Shown here in pieces: positions 1 through 9,120 of a stretch of DNA of 32,000 nucleotides. Source of the stretch: Promethearchaeum syntrophicum (lineage in GTDB: Archaea > Asgardarchaeota > Lokiarchaeia > Sigyniarchaeales > Promethearchaeaceae); assembly GCF_008000775.2 (NCBI RefSeq), contig NZ_CP042905.2, forward strand, positions 1,350,001-1,382,000, read 5' to 3'. Numbering within the stretch: position 1 is the first letter of the stretch; each line of letters opens with the position of its first letter. A program made the position numbers and the translations under genes. The notes under the pieces were generated by a model. The model saw only the letters and a program-made list of their open reading frames with translations. It searched no databases and was not told the origin of the DNA.

Positions 1-593
1 TCCGCTTCCAACATATCGTGAGTTAAGAGTATGATTGTATTTCCTTTTCCTTTTAATTCTCGAATAAAATCCCATACTATCCGTCTTGCTTGTGGATCTA
101 AACCTGCTGTAGGTTCATCAAGAATAAGAATTTTCGGTTCATGAATTATACTCATAGCGAGGTTCAATCTTTTTTTCATACCCCCGCTAAATTTTTTAGC
201 CCATCTTTTCTTTCCTGCAATACCTAATTTTTGAAGTAATGCATTAGTTCTTTGTTGTGATTCTTTTAATGGAATTCCATGCATTTGAGCTACAAAAATG
301 ACATTTTCTTCAGCAGTTAATTCATTATAAAAAATATTATCTTGTGGACAGACTCCAATTAATTTAACGATCTCATTTTTTTGAGTTTTAATTGAAAAAT
401 TATTTAATTTTGCATCACCAGATGATGGAGTCAAGGTTGTAGTAAGCATTCGAATTAAAGTGGTTTTTCCTGCACCATTTGGTCCTAAAAGTCCAAATAA
501 TTCTCCTTCTTCTACATTCAAAGTGAGATTATTTACCGCTTTCACATCTTTAAAATTTTTACTAATATTTTTAATTTCGATACAATTTGAAAT
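1..593 (-). CDS. ABC transporter ATP-binding protein (partial, C-terminus outside window)
   Basis: Reverse strand reads CIEIKNISKNFKDVKAVNNLTLNVEEGELFGLLGPNGAGKTTLIRML...; Walker A GPNGAGKTT, signature LSGGMKKRLN, switch region ...ILLTHDMLEA. In-frame stop at 594-596 followed directly by ATT (591-593). First GTG at 543-545. Confidence 0.9.
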   Translation of the reverse strand, partial: MSNCIEIKNISKNFKDVKAVNNLTLNVEEGELFGLLGPNGAGKTTLIRMLTTTLTPSSGDAKLNNFSIKTQKNEIVKLIGVCPQDNIFYNELTAEENVIFVAQMHGIPLKESQQRTNALLQKLGIAGKKRWAKKFSGGMKKRLNLAMSIIHEPKILILDEPTAGLDPQARRIVWDFIRELKGKGNTIILLTHDMLEA

Positions 594-771
594 TTAAATT
601 TACACCCCTATATCCTAATATTCCTTTGTTGGATATCTAATTCAACTCTCATTTTAATTTTTTATTAATTTTTATGATGCCATGTACTATCATGTGTTAT
701 TTAATTTCCTAAATTGTTAATTTAAGGATTATTTATGAAATCATGAAAAAAATTTATATATTGAAAAATTA

Positions 772-1539
772 TCAATTGTAATTTTTTAGCCAATTAATTG
801 AATTTTCAATAAAAAGATCAAGGTGATCATCCTTAAAGTCATGACCTGCTCCCAAAATTTTTACAAATTTATAATCTTCAGTTTGGGGAAAATATTGAAA
901 AGCTTCAAAGTTCCAATCATAAAGTATTCTTTCATCTTTATCCCCTTGGATTAATAAACTTGGGGTTAAATAATTCGCTAAAGCTCCTTCAACATCGAAA
1001 TTTCTTCCTTCTTTCAAAAAATCATATTGAATCATTAGGGGTTCATTATTTAGTGAAGGCATCAATCGAGGTTTGTTTGAAAATTTCGATATTAAAAAAG
1101 CCATAATAAAATGAAATTTCTTAACGTGTCGTGTAAAATAAAAAGCGGGTGCCCAAAAAATGGTTGCTCTTATGTTATCCAGATTTGCAGCTAAAGTGGT
1201 TAATCCTCCAAAACTTAAGCCCAATACGTTTATCTTATTATATCCTTTAGATTTTACCCATTCATGAACATCTTTTAAATCTTGAACTTGCTTTGACAGT
1301 GTTATTGGTTCGCGAGGATTTTTTCCCGATCCAGAAAAATCGAAGGTCACAGCGTCAAATCCTGCTTTGTTGAAATTCAGCGCGGTTTTTGTAAATCGCC
1401 CCCATTCTGTTTGATCTCCACCGAAACCATGACATATGATTACAACAACTGTTTTTTCATATGGTTGACCCGTTTCAAAATGAAGTCCATTTAAATTTCC
1501 CTTTGTGCTTCTGGGGATACTAATAATTTTTTGAGACAT
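772..1539 (-). CDS. alpha/beta hydrolase (serine aminopeptidase/lysophospholipase-like)
   Basis: GFGGDQTEW, nucleophile elbow GLSFGG, late Asp (IQGDKDERI) and His (GAGHDFKD). Confidence 0.85.
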   Translation of the reverse strand: MSQKIISIPRSTKGNLNGLHFETGQPYEKTVVVIICHGFGGDQTEWGRFTKTALNFNKAGFDAVTFDFSGSGKNPREPITLSKQVQDLKDVHEWVKSKGYNKINVLGLSFGGLTTLAANLDNIRATIFWAPAFYFTRHVKKFHFIMAFLISKFSNKPRLMPSLNNEPLMIQYDFLKEGRNFDVEGALANYLTPSLLIQGDKDERILYDWNFEAFQYFPQTEDYKFVKILGAGHDFKDDHLDLFIENSINWLKNYN

Positions 1540-1583
1540 TAATTCTAATTGTAGATTTCTTATCTTAAATCTTTAGAAGACTT

Positions 1584-3194
1584 TTAAGATTGTATGTAAG
1601 ACATCCCTAATTTTAGGGCTAATTCAGCTTTTATTAGTTCTTTTCCTAAATATGCTGCATGATCAAGCTTTGACACTAAATTGGATTTAATTATCATTTT
1701 ATAAAGAGATTCAGCGTTATCACCTACAAGAGTTAGAGTGGCATCTTTAAAATTTACAGAATTATTAAAATGTGTGATCATGATTTGTTTCTTTTTCTCA
1801 TCTATGTAAATCTTAAAATATCCTTTAGGATCCATAATAGCTGGTTGGTCAATAAAATCAATTTGTTTAATAGGTTCATTAAATGAAATATACTTGGGAA
1901 AATCTTGTTTTGACTTAAATTGGAACGCAGTAATTCCTAAATTCAAAGGAGGCACATGCAATTGATTTGCATAATAAGCTAATTTTATGCTTTCGCTCAA
2001 TTCTTTGAGATTATTTCGACATTTATTTGAAAATTCTGTGCTTAAAATTCCACTAACACCTAATTCTACTGCAATTATTGATAATAAAGTATTAATGCCT
2101 GAGGAATCCCCATCAATAAGTTCTGTAACATTTCCAAATCCCATGAAAAGTTCTGGTTTATGAATATATTCCTGATTTTTTAACTCATTATATGTTTGAT
2201 CTATTCTTAATTTTAGAGATGATAAAATTTCAATACTTGAAGTAAATCCCGGTGAAATTGGAACTCCAGTTATCGGATCCATTAGTATCTTAGTAAAACC
2301 ATTTTTTATCAGCACTTTCCATAAATGAATTAGTCTTTCAATCTTTTTTTGGGATGTTAGTGGATTGTGTTCTTTTTGTGAGGTGGGAATGATTACTAAA
2401 GCTGTGTCTTTGTTTAAATCCAACAAATCTGAATAATTTTCAACAGTTATACTAAGCACCATCTGAGCTCCTGCATTAATAGCAGAATGTATTTCGTCAG
2501 AATTTATGCTATCGATGCTAAAAGGAATTTGGAATTTCTTTTTTAACTGTGATATCATCTCAAAAATTACATCACTATGGTTTTCATTTGCAATGCATCC
2601 AAAATCTATTACATTTACCCCATTTTTTATATAACTTTCAACTTTAAAGGATATATCATCAAATGAAAGTTTAGGCGCATCAACAATTTCTCCTATCAGT
2701 ACGGGAGGTAAATTTGGATTGAAAAAAATATTATTTTTCTTATTTTTTAAGATAAATCCATTTGGATGTGGTTGATTTCTAAAATCTTGTCGATTTTTTT
2801 CAATTATTAACTCCAAATTCTCTTTTTTTGTAATTCTATATAACTTATCTGCTGGTGTTTCTGGAGAAAAATTAAATGGATCAAAATTTTTAATTAATTC
2901 GGGTAAATTTACTAAAAATCTTGGGCCTTTTTTTATTTTAGATGAAAATGGTGATTTTATCACTTTTAAATTCCAAGGAATTAAACCTGAAGTAATTACT
3001 AAATCGAAATCATTAGCATCAAATTCAGATAAAGTAGCGGTTAATATTTTTGGAGAGATTAGTGAAATTATTGGGATTTGTGCTTGAATAATTGTTATTT
3101 CGTATATTGATTGTAGATCGCTCCAATCCAGTAATTTTATGTCATTAAATGCGTCTCTTCCTGTAATTAGAAGGATCCGTGTTTTTCTATTCAT
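1584..3194 (-). CDS. dihydropteroate synthase-like protein (archaeal/methylotroph DHPS-related family, H4MPT-linked)
   Basis: C-terminal MDPITGVPISPGF, ELFMGFGNVTELIDGDSSGINTLLSIIAVELGVSGILSTEFSNKC typical of the DHPS-related family (TIGR00284-like). Lies in a cofactor gene cluster. Confidence 0.8.
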   Translation of the reverse strand: MNRKTRILLITGRDAFNDIKLLDWSDLQSIYEITIIQAQIPIISLISPKILTATLSEFDANDFDLVITSGLIPWNLKVIKSPFSSKIKKGPRFLVNLPELIKNFDPFNFSPETPADKLYRITKKENLELIIEKNRQDFRNQPHPNGFILKNKKNNIFFNPNLPPVLIGEIVDAPKLSFDDISFKVESYIKNGVNVIDFGCIANENHSDVIFEMISQLKKKFQIPFSIDSINSDEIHSAINAGAQMVLSITVENYSDLLDLNKDTALVIIPTSQKEHNPLTSQKKIERLIHLWKVLIKNGFTKILMDPITGVPISPGFTSSIEILSSLKLRIDQTYNELKNQEYIHKPELFMGFGNVTELIDGDSSGINTLLSIIAVELGVSGILSTEFSNKCRNNLKELSESIKLAYYANQLHVPPLNLGITAFQFKSKQDFPKYISFNEPIKQIDFIDQPAIMDPKGYFKIYIDEKKKQIMITHFNNSVNFKDATLTLVGDNAESLYKMIIKSNLVSKLDHAAYLGKELIKAELALKLGMSYIQS

Positions 3195-3767
3195 TCAAAT
3201 ATCAACATTCTCTAATTCAATTAAATCTTGAATTATTTCTTTTGGATGTTTAAAGAGAGAAACATTTGGAAATTTTTTTAGGTTTAAAGCATTTTGACAG
3301 TTAAATTCATCAATATGTATCATAATTTTCTCACCATTAGGGATCTCTGTTTCAATTTCTCCACAAACTATATCGCAAGGAACGAGTAATATTTTTCCAG
3401 AACCTTTTATCATCTGTGAAAATATATTTGTTATTAGAGTGTCCGCGATACCTATACTCATTTTTGCAACTGAATTGGAAGTAACTGGGCTAATAATTAA
3501 TGCTCTATATTTATTTAGATTAAAACGGGCGCTCACAACATATCCTGGAGATTGACCGCTATCGTAAAAGATAGAATTTAAATGCTCTTTATTTTTTTCA
3601 TGAAGATCTTGAATTTTTTTAAGCACTCCATACATTTTTGCAACCGTTTTTCCCGCTTCTGAGAAAAATATATCGATTTTCCACTTCTTTTCTACTAATT
3701 GCTTCAATACTTCATAACTATCCCGAATATAATGACCTGCGCCAGTAATTCCCCAAGCTAACCTCAT
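3195..3767 (-). CDS. flavoprotein, dihydromethanopterin reductase (acceptor) DmrX / AfpA-like
   Basis: N-terminus MRLAWGITGAGHYIRDSYEVLKQLVEK, SPVTSNSVAKMSIGIADTLITNIFSQ: HFCD/AfpA-like flavoprotein family. Its TGA is immediately followed by the ATG of the next gene (TGAATG). Confidence 0.7.
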   Translation of the reverse strand: MRLAWGITGAGHYIRDSYEVLKQLVEKKWKIDIFFSEAGKTVAKMYGVLKKIQDLHEKNKEHLNSIFYDSGQSPGYVVSARFNLNKYRALIISPVTSNSVAKMSIGIADTLITNIFSQMIKGSGKILLVPCDIVCGEIETEIPNGEKIMIHIDEFNCQNALNLKKFPNVSLFKHPKEIIQDLIELENVDI

Positions 3768-3788
3768 AAAATAATCCTTAGTTTTTAA

Positions 3789-4886
3789 TTATTTAACTTT
3801 ATTGCTCTTATTGTTCGATTTAATTGGGAGGTAGATAAAATCTAATATATTTCCTTCTGCTGCTTCAAGTTGAAGATTTTTTATAATAGGTTGTATATTG
3901 CCTCCAATTAAGCCTTCTGCTATGAACGCTGCACCTTGAGCGGCTCTTTTTGCAATATTACTATAAGTTTTCATAACTCTTACCGGTGCAATGGTTCTTA
4001 ATTTCTCGTCAAATATCCTTTCAATGAATTTCTCATTAGCTAAACGACCTGATAATAGAATAAAATTTGGAGGGGTGGCTTGGTTAAACACTGAACTTAT
4101 TGCAAAAACACCTTTCACAATGTCATCAACATATGACTGGATTGCAATTTTTGCTTGGGGCTCATCTTTTGTACGGAAAAACAATTCTTCAGGAGTGTTA
4201 TTTTCATTTCCCCCAATTGAAATCGCACCTCCTTTATAAATTTCAGTTTTTGTCAGAGGATTCATTAAATATGCTAATTCTGCATCCAGAGAACCACTTG
4301 CTTTAAAACCCATGACGTTGGAGCCACCAATTCCATCAATAATTTGTCCCCTTTCAATCGCTATAATTGCTGAAAAAGCCGCGCCTAACTCGATCATAAT
4401 ATAATTCACATCTGAGCATTGAATTTTGCACATTTCCATAATATCGCGTATTCCAACTACAACAGAGCATACTTTATCTGCAGTCCCCAGATCAATTCGG
4501 TTTATTTTGCGAAATTTTTTTACTGTCGGTAAATGTTTGATTCCAGGTATAACATAAGCTTCTCCTCTTTTCCATTTCATTTGTTTTAATTTATGTAATA
4601 TTTTCTTTAAACCGACAATTTGTGATGTTTTTTCAGTGCTAAGTGCCATATAATATATATCTTCATTCGTTAATTCTTGCACTTTTTTTATAGGATGTCC
4701 AAATCCGCTTGGTGCTATCATGAGATCAAAGGGTTCTATTTCTTCTAATGATAAAAATAATAAATCTGGATTTTTCATTATTAATTTTGATTCAATTGAA
4801 GTATCTATGCAGATTTCATTAGTACCCACATCGTAACCAAAAATGTCCCAAGATGACGTTCCAGGGTCAATTCCAACAACACGCAT
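3789..4886 (-). CDS. DUF1464-like protein (ASKHA-fold, H4MPT-linked neighbourhood)
   Basis: MRVVGIDPGTSSWDIFGYD (sugar-kinase/ASKHA-type phosphate-1 motif), VIPGIKHLPTVKKFRKINRIDLGTADKVC, GGIGGSNVMGFKA-like region; resembles archaeal DUF1464. Confidence 0.65.
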   Translation of the reverse strand: MRVVGIDPGTSSWDIFGYDVGTNEICIDTSIESKLIMKNPDLLFLSLEEIEPFDLMIAPSGFGHPIKKVQELTNEDIYYMALSTEKTSQIVGLKKILHKLKQMKWKRGEAYVIPGIKHLPTVKKFRKINRIDLGTADKVCSVVVGIRDIMEMCKIQCSDVNYIMIELGAAFSAIIAIERGQIIDGIGGSNVMGFKASGSLDAELAYLMNPLTKTEIYKGGAISIGGNENNTPEELFFRTKDEPQAKIAIQSYVDDIVKGVFAISSVFNQATPPNFILLSGRLANEKFIERIFDEKLRTIAPVRVMKTYSNIAKRAAQGAAFIAEGLIGGNIQPIIKNLQLEAAEGNILDFIYLPIKSNNKSNKVK

Positions 4887-4918
4887 TAAAATTAATAGGA
4901 GTGAATTACAAATAAATA

Positions 4919-5611
4919 ATGATTATGAATTCAGAGTTAGAATTTGAACCTTTCATTAATTATGAATCTATTGTTTGTAGTTTTTTTCCAGATGCTAAAG
5001 ATAAGGTAAATGCTGCTTGCATGGGTGTTCATTTTACACCTACGAATGAGGTATATCTACATGTCTATGAAGATACACATACGAAATCTATTTTAACTCC
5101 TGGAACTATGTTTTCAATTAATTTTTCAGAAAATTTTTATGAATATGTCATAGCTGCTTTAAGAAGAGAAAATCATGAAGAATTGATTGATGAATTACCC
5201 AGAAATTCTTTTAAGAGTTTAGATCCTGTACCTATTTTAAAATCTGCTTGGTGTGCAGTAAAATGTCAAGTAATTGAAATGCCTCCTGCATTAAAATCTA
5301 CGCCAAAATGTAGAAGAAGAGAATCTCCGAATATAAGGTCAAAGATTCTTTCTATTGAAGTATATAGATTACCTAAAATTTTCAATAATCGTTCCATGAA
5401 TTTAGCCATTGAGGCTTTAATAATCTCAACCAGAATTCCATTATATGATCCAATTTCTAAAGAATATAGTGAAAATATAAAAAACTATATAAATATAAAG
5501 AAAAAATTGATAGAATGGCAAGACATGGATCGATTTCACGATTCATTTGAAGTAATGGACAATTATCTTCTAAATCATAAAGTAAAACCTCAAGATCTAT
5601 TTGATTTTTAA
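4919..5611 (+). CDS. DUF447-like protein (H4MPT-linked C1 pathway associated)
   Basis: Divergent from the DUF1464-like gene. N-terminus ...YESIVCSFFPDAKDKVNAACMGVHFTPTNEVYLHVYEDTHTKSIL resembles the flavin-reductase-like DUF447 fold; ENRSMNLAIEALIISTRIPLY-type C-terminal helix region. Confidence 0.6.
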   Translation: MIMNSELEFEPFINYESIVCSFFPDAKDKVNAACMGVHFTPTNEVYLHVYEDTHTKSILTPGTMFSINFSENFYEYVIAALRRENHEELIDELPRNSFKSLDPVPILKSAWCAVKCQVIEMPPALKSTPKCRRRESPNIRSKILSIEVYRLPKIFNNRSMNLAIEALIISTRIPLYDPISKEYSENIKNYINIKKKLIEWQDMDRFHDSFEVMDNYLLNHKVKPQDLFDF

Positions 5612-5638
5612 AAGAAATGGGCTTTAGCTGTGAAATTA

Positions 5639-6040
5639 TTAAACCTGTCTCACTTCGCGTACATACATCAAGGGGTAGTTAAGATCAGAAATCCATTCGA
5701 CTTTTCCGATTGCAATCCAATCTTCGTATTGTACTTCTACTTCTGCAACTAAATTTCTTCCTTGGATATATGTATAATCAAATTCATGCTGCTTTGTGTA
5801 TGTTTGTGTCATTCCTTCTTTAATCTTTTTGATTTCACAATCTACTCTTTTTACAAATGGTTGGCAAGATATTGATTCTTTAAGCCCATCTGCAATTTTT
5901 TTCATCACTTCATCATCATTTTTAATAGGTGCTCCAATTAATTGATGAAATAATGCAGCAAGTTTAATCCCGACTTCAAATATGGCATGTTCTCGGTTGG
6001 TCATGCCAGAAAAACTAAAATTCTCAGCGAGTTTTTCCAT
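5639..6040 (-). CDS. mptD: archaeal dihydroneopterin aldolase, MptD family
   Basis: TNREHAIFEVGIKLAALFHQLIGAPI ... QPFVKRVDCEI ... ELNYPLMYV-like C-terminus (DLNYPLMYVREV), ~130 aa. Adjacent to RFAP synthase. Confidence 0.75.
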   Translation of the reverse strand: MEKLAENFSFSGMTNREHAIFEVGIKLAALFHQLIGAPIKNDDEVMKKIADGLKESISCQPFVKRVDCEIKKIKEGMTQTYTKQHEFDYTYIQGRNLVAEVEVQYEDWIAIGKVEWISDLNYPLMYVREVRQV

Positions 6041-6077
6041 GAATTCAAATAATTACATAAACATAAAACTCTTTTTA

Positions 6078-7100
6078 TTAAAAAATTTTCAAAGAAAAAC
6101 CTGAGTTATTGGGTTTTGTTTGAATTATTTTTCCTCCCGGAGATATTGAAGAATCTTCTAATCTGGAACTAATATATTTATAAATTTCCTTTGATTTTTC
6201 TTCTGAATCGGTAATGACAAATACTCCGGGACCAAAAGAAGAAATTCCGACTGGAACTTTAAATGTGGAATAAATATCTCTTAATAAATTAGAAATACAT
6301 TCATGCTGAAGCCCAATTTCAATTTTTTTGAAACCATGGTTATTGATAAACCAAAGAGCCTCAGCAAAATTGTCTAAATCTTTGTTAATAATGGATGGAA
6401 CTATTTGCATTAAAATTCTATGGGATATTTTCTCCACTTCTTCAAGAGGAATTGGAGTAAAATCTTGGAAAATGTTTTGCTCTTCAACATTATTGGCACC
6501 TTGCTTTATTTTTGGAATTAAAAGGAGGATGTTCCAATTTTCAGGCATTACATGGTGAAAAAATGCCATAGCTGGTTGTGCTTTGGATGCTGAAGAAGGT
6601 AAAAATGAGGTTTTTTCTCCATTTTTTCCATAAGAATGCCCTAAATCAAGTATAAACCCGCCTTTTTCGAATATTTGATACCCAATCCCTGATGTTCCTC
6701 CTCGTTCTACTAATGATGCCATTTCTTTAATAGTTAGATTAATTTTCTTTAGATAACATAGACCTTTTACAATTGAAAGGAGAAATTGAGTTTTTGAACC
6801 TAAGCCAACATGAGGAAGGATTGATTTTTTCACCGTAATTTTAATATTCTCATATTTAATATTAAGTTTGGATTCCAATTTGGATATAATGAGATGAACA
6901 TGCTTTAAATATTCATCTGGACCAAAAAATGTGAATTTTTCTCCTCTATTTACTATAGAATCATCATTATCATTAAATTCGATTATAAAATTAGGATTTT
7001 CTAACGCAAATCCAAAACCACCGTCGATTCTTCCTAAGGATCCATTAAGATCGATTAAAGAAAGATGAAGTCGTGATGGAGATCGGATTTGAAACCTCAT
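6078..7100 (-). CDS. beta-ribofuranosylaminobenzene 5'-phosphate synthase (GHMP kinase family); ORF track start at 7154 probably too long
   Basis: MRFQIRSPSRLHLSLIDLNGSLGRIDGGFGFALENP (RFAPS N-terminus), GHMP motif KSILPHVGLGSKTQ, RGGTSGIGYQIFEKGGFILDLGHS. Internal ATG at 7098-7100 gives the canonical N-terminus. Confidence 0.85.
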   Translation of the reverse strand: MRFQIRSPSRLHLSLIDLNGSLGRIDGGFGFALENPNFIIEFNDNDDSIVNRGEKFTFFGPDEYLKHVHLIISKLESKLNIKYENIKITVKKSILPHVGLGSKTQFLLSIVKGLCYLKKINLTIKEMASLVERGGTSGIGYQIFEKGGFILDLGHSYGKNGEKTSFLPSSASKAQPAMAFFHHVMPENWNILLLIPKIKQGANNVEEQNIFQDFTPIPLEEVEKISHRILMQIVPSIINKDLDNFAEALWFINNHGFKKIEIGLQHECISNLLRDIYSTFKVPVGISSFGPGVFVITDSEEKSKEIYKYISSRLEDSSISPGGKIIQTKPNNSGFSLKIF

Positions 7101-7138
7101 AAAACGAATAATATAATTTCTGATATATTTAGAAATTT

Positions 7139-8536
7139 TTGAATTTGATAACAAACTATAAAGATGTAATGACAGACCTCGAAGGTATTTCGAAAAAATT
7201 ACTAGAAAAAAAAACTCCCAATCATATCATTATTGAACGGTTGATTCAAGAGTATAAAACCTTCAAAGAGTTACCAAAAGATAATCTCACCAGTATGGCC
7301 AATGCTATATTGAAAGAAAGTCAAAACTCCATGATTTCAATTGAAGAAAATTCAATTTTGAAAAACATAATTCAAATTCCAGAATCACATGTCACGATGG
7401 GAGAAGGTGGAGTTGGTTGTCGTGGGAGGGGGGATTTCTTTGTACATGAATTGTTAACAAAAATTTCAGAAACGCAAATTCATCCTTTTATTCCTCCCAG
7501 TTCACTAGATGATACGGGAGCTGTCAAATGGTATAATAATGAGGATCAAGATCCAATTATTATTTTATCAAAGATGGAAGGAATGCATAGTCGATTGAGC
7601 GATTTCCCTTTTTTAGCAGGATTTCATGTTACGCGCGCTGCTTTACGTGATATTTATGTTAAAGGAGGAATACCAATTTCATTAATGGTCGATGTTCATC
7701 TTGCTGATGATGGAGATATCGGAAAACTTTTTGATTTTCAAGCGGGGATTGCTGTAGTTGCTGAATTATCTGGAGTACCTATTACTGCTGGCTCTACCTT
7801 AAGAATTGGTGGAGATATGGTGATCGGAGAGAGGCTTACTGGGGGAATAGCAGGGATTGGGATAATGAAATATCCGTTTTTCCGTAAAAACATCCAAATT
7901 TCCGATGATATTCTAATGATTGAAGGAGCAGGTGGTGGAACTATTGCTACAACTGCACTCTATTCAAACAATCCGGAATATTTGATGGAAACAATTAACA
8001 TAAATTTTCTTAAAGCGAGTAAATGTTTACTAAATTCTCCTAATTTATGCAACTCTATTCATTCAATGAGCGATATAACTAATGGTGGGTTAAGAGGGGA
8101 TTTATATGAAATTTGTAATGAAGCTAACTGCGGTTTTCAAATTGATTTAACTAAGGTAAAAGCTCTGGTAAATCCTAAAATATTGGAATTATTGGAAACA
8201 AATGGTGTTGATTATCTTGGTGTATCGCTTGATTCTCTAATGATATTTTGTGATCCAAAGATTTCTCTTGATATAATTAACAAATTAACAAGCGAAAATA
8301 TTAAGATCAGTAAAATTGGTCATTGTATCGAAGAAAAAGAAATATTTTTTGAATCTGGAACTAATAAGAGAAAAATTTTACCACGATTTCGTGAATCTGC
8401 TTATACTGAAATAAAAAAAGTAGTAGATTTACATCAAATAAATGAAGACAAGATAAAAAACCAAATTAAATCTACTTTTGAGAAATCCATGCAAAAAAGA
8501 AATGAAATCATACAATACATCAAGAATCTTGAATAA
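7139..8536 (+). CDS. AIR synthase-related protein (PurM/HypE-like, COG2144 / methanogenesis-marker-2-like)
   Basis: VTMGEGGVGCRGRGDFFVHELL, GGIPISLMVDVHLADDGDIGKLFDFQAGIAVVAELSGVPITAGSTLRIGGDMVIGERLTGGIAGIG; SDITNGGLRGD. Start may be the in-frame ATG at 7169. Confidence 0.8.
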   Translation: MNLITNYKDVMTDLEGISKKLLEKKTPNHIIIERLIQEYKTFKELPKDNLTSMANAILKESQNSMISIEENSILKNIIQIPESHVTMGEGGVGCRGRGDFFVHELLTKISETQIHPFIPPSSLDDTGAVKWYNNEDQDPIIILSKMEGMHSRLSDFPFLAGFHVTRAALRDIYVKGGIPISLMVDVHLADDGDIGKLFDFQAGIAVVAELSGVPITAGSTLRIGGDMVIGERLTGGIAGIGIMKYPFFRKNIQISDDILMIEGAGGGTIATTALYSNNPEYLMETININFLKASKCLLNSPNLCNSIHSMSDITNGGLRGDLYEICNEANCGFQIDLTKVKALVNPKILELLETNGVDYLGVSLDSLMIFCDPKISLDIINKLTSENIKISKIGHCIEEKEIFFESGTNKRKILPRFRESAYTEIKKVVDLHQINEDKIKNQIKSTFEKSMQKRNEIIQYIKNLE

Positions 8537-8539
8537 TTA

Positions 8540-9076
8540 TTAAATATGTAGATCTTCCATTTTTTTTATCATATGCACTAAATAACTGGTAATTTGATCC
8601 ATTATAATTTTATATGACTGATATTCTTTGATCATAGCCGGATCTTGAATATTCACTTCTTTATTGGATATTCCTAAAGTTGAGAGAAAAATGGCTTTAT
8701 CTCGATATCTTAGAGGCAATTGAATATCTCTAATGCCCTCTGTCATTACAATCAGTGCAGTTGCATTAATTAAGTCCTCTTTATACTTACGCATTCGTCT
8801 GGGGAAATGTTGATCGATTCTATCTTTTAGAATTCTTTCTTCTAAAAGTGCTTTTTCTGTAAACGGATGAATTCTAACATCTTTTTGATTAATAAATCCA
8901 CCACTTTGGATAATAAATTTTTCCTTATTTTTTATTTTAGAATCGGCTAACAATTGTTCAAATTTCATCTCTGCAAAAGGACTTCGACAAATATTACCCC
9001 CACAAAGGAAAATAATATGGATTTTATCATTATTACTAATCAGATTCCAAAATTCGTCTGGTTTCATAGAAAGCAA
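8540..9076 (-). CDS. low-molecular-weight phosphotyrosine phosphatase-like / arsenate reductase family
   Basis: CX5R loop IIFLCGGNICRSPFAEMKF near the N-terminus. Confidence 0.75.
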   Translation of the reverse strand: MLSMKPDEFWNLISNNDKIHIIFLCGGNICRSPFAEMKFEQLLADSKIKNKEKFIIQSGGFINQKDVRIHPFTEKALLEERILKDRIDQHFPRRMRKYKEDLINATALIVMTEGIRDIQLPLRYRDKAIFLSTLGISNKEVNIQDPAMIKEYQSYKIIMDQITSYLVHMIKKMEDLHI

Positions 9077-9120
9077 TATCCTATTACCTACTATATCAAA
9101 AGTTATAAAAAAAAATGATT

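Noticed and set aside
3991-4306. Plus-strand ORFs 3991..4239 and 4100..4306
   Set aside because: Antisense to the well-supported DUF1464-like gene, with low-complexity non-protein-like translations.
6328-6558. Plus-strand ORF inside RFAP synthase
   Set aside because: Fully antisense to a recognisable GHMP-family gene, with no motif.
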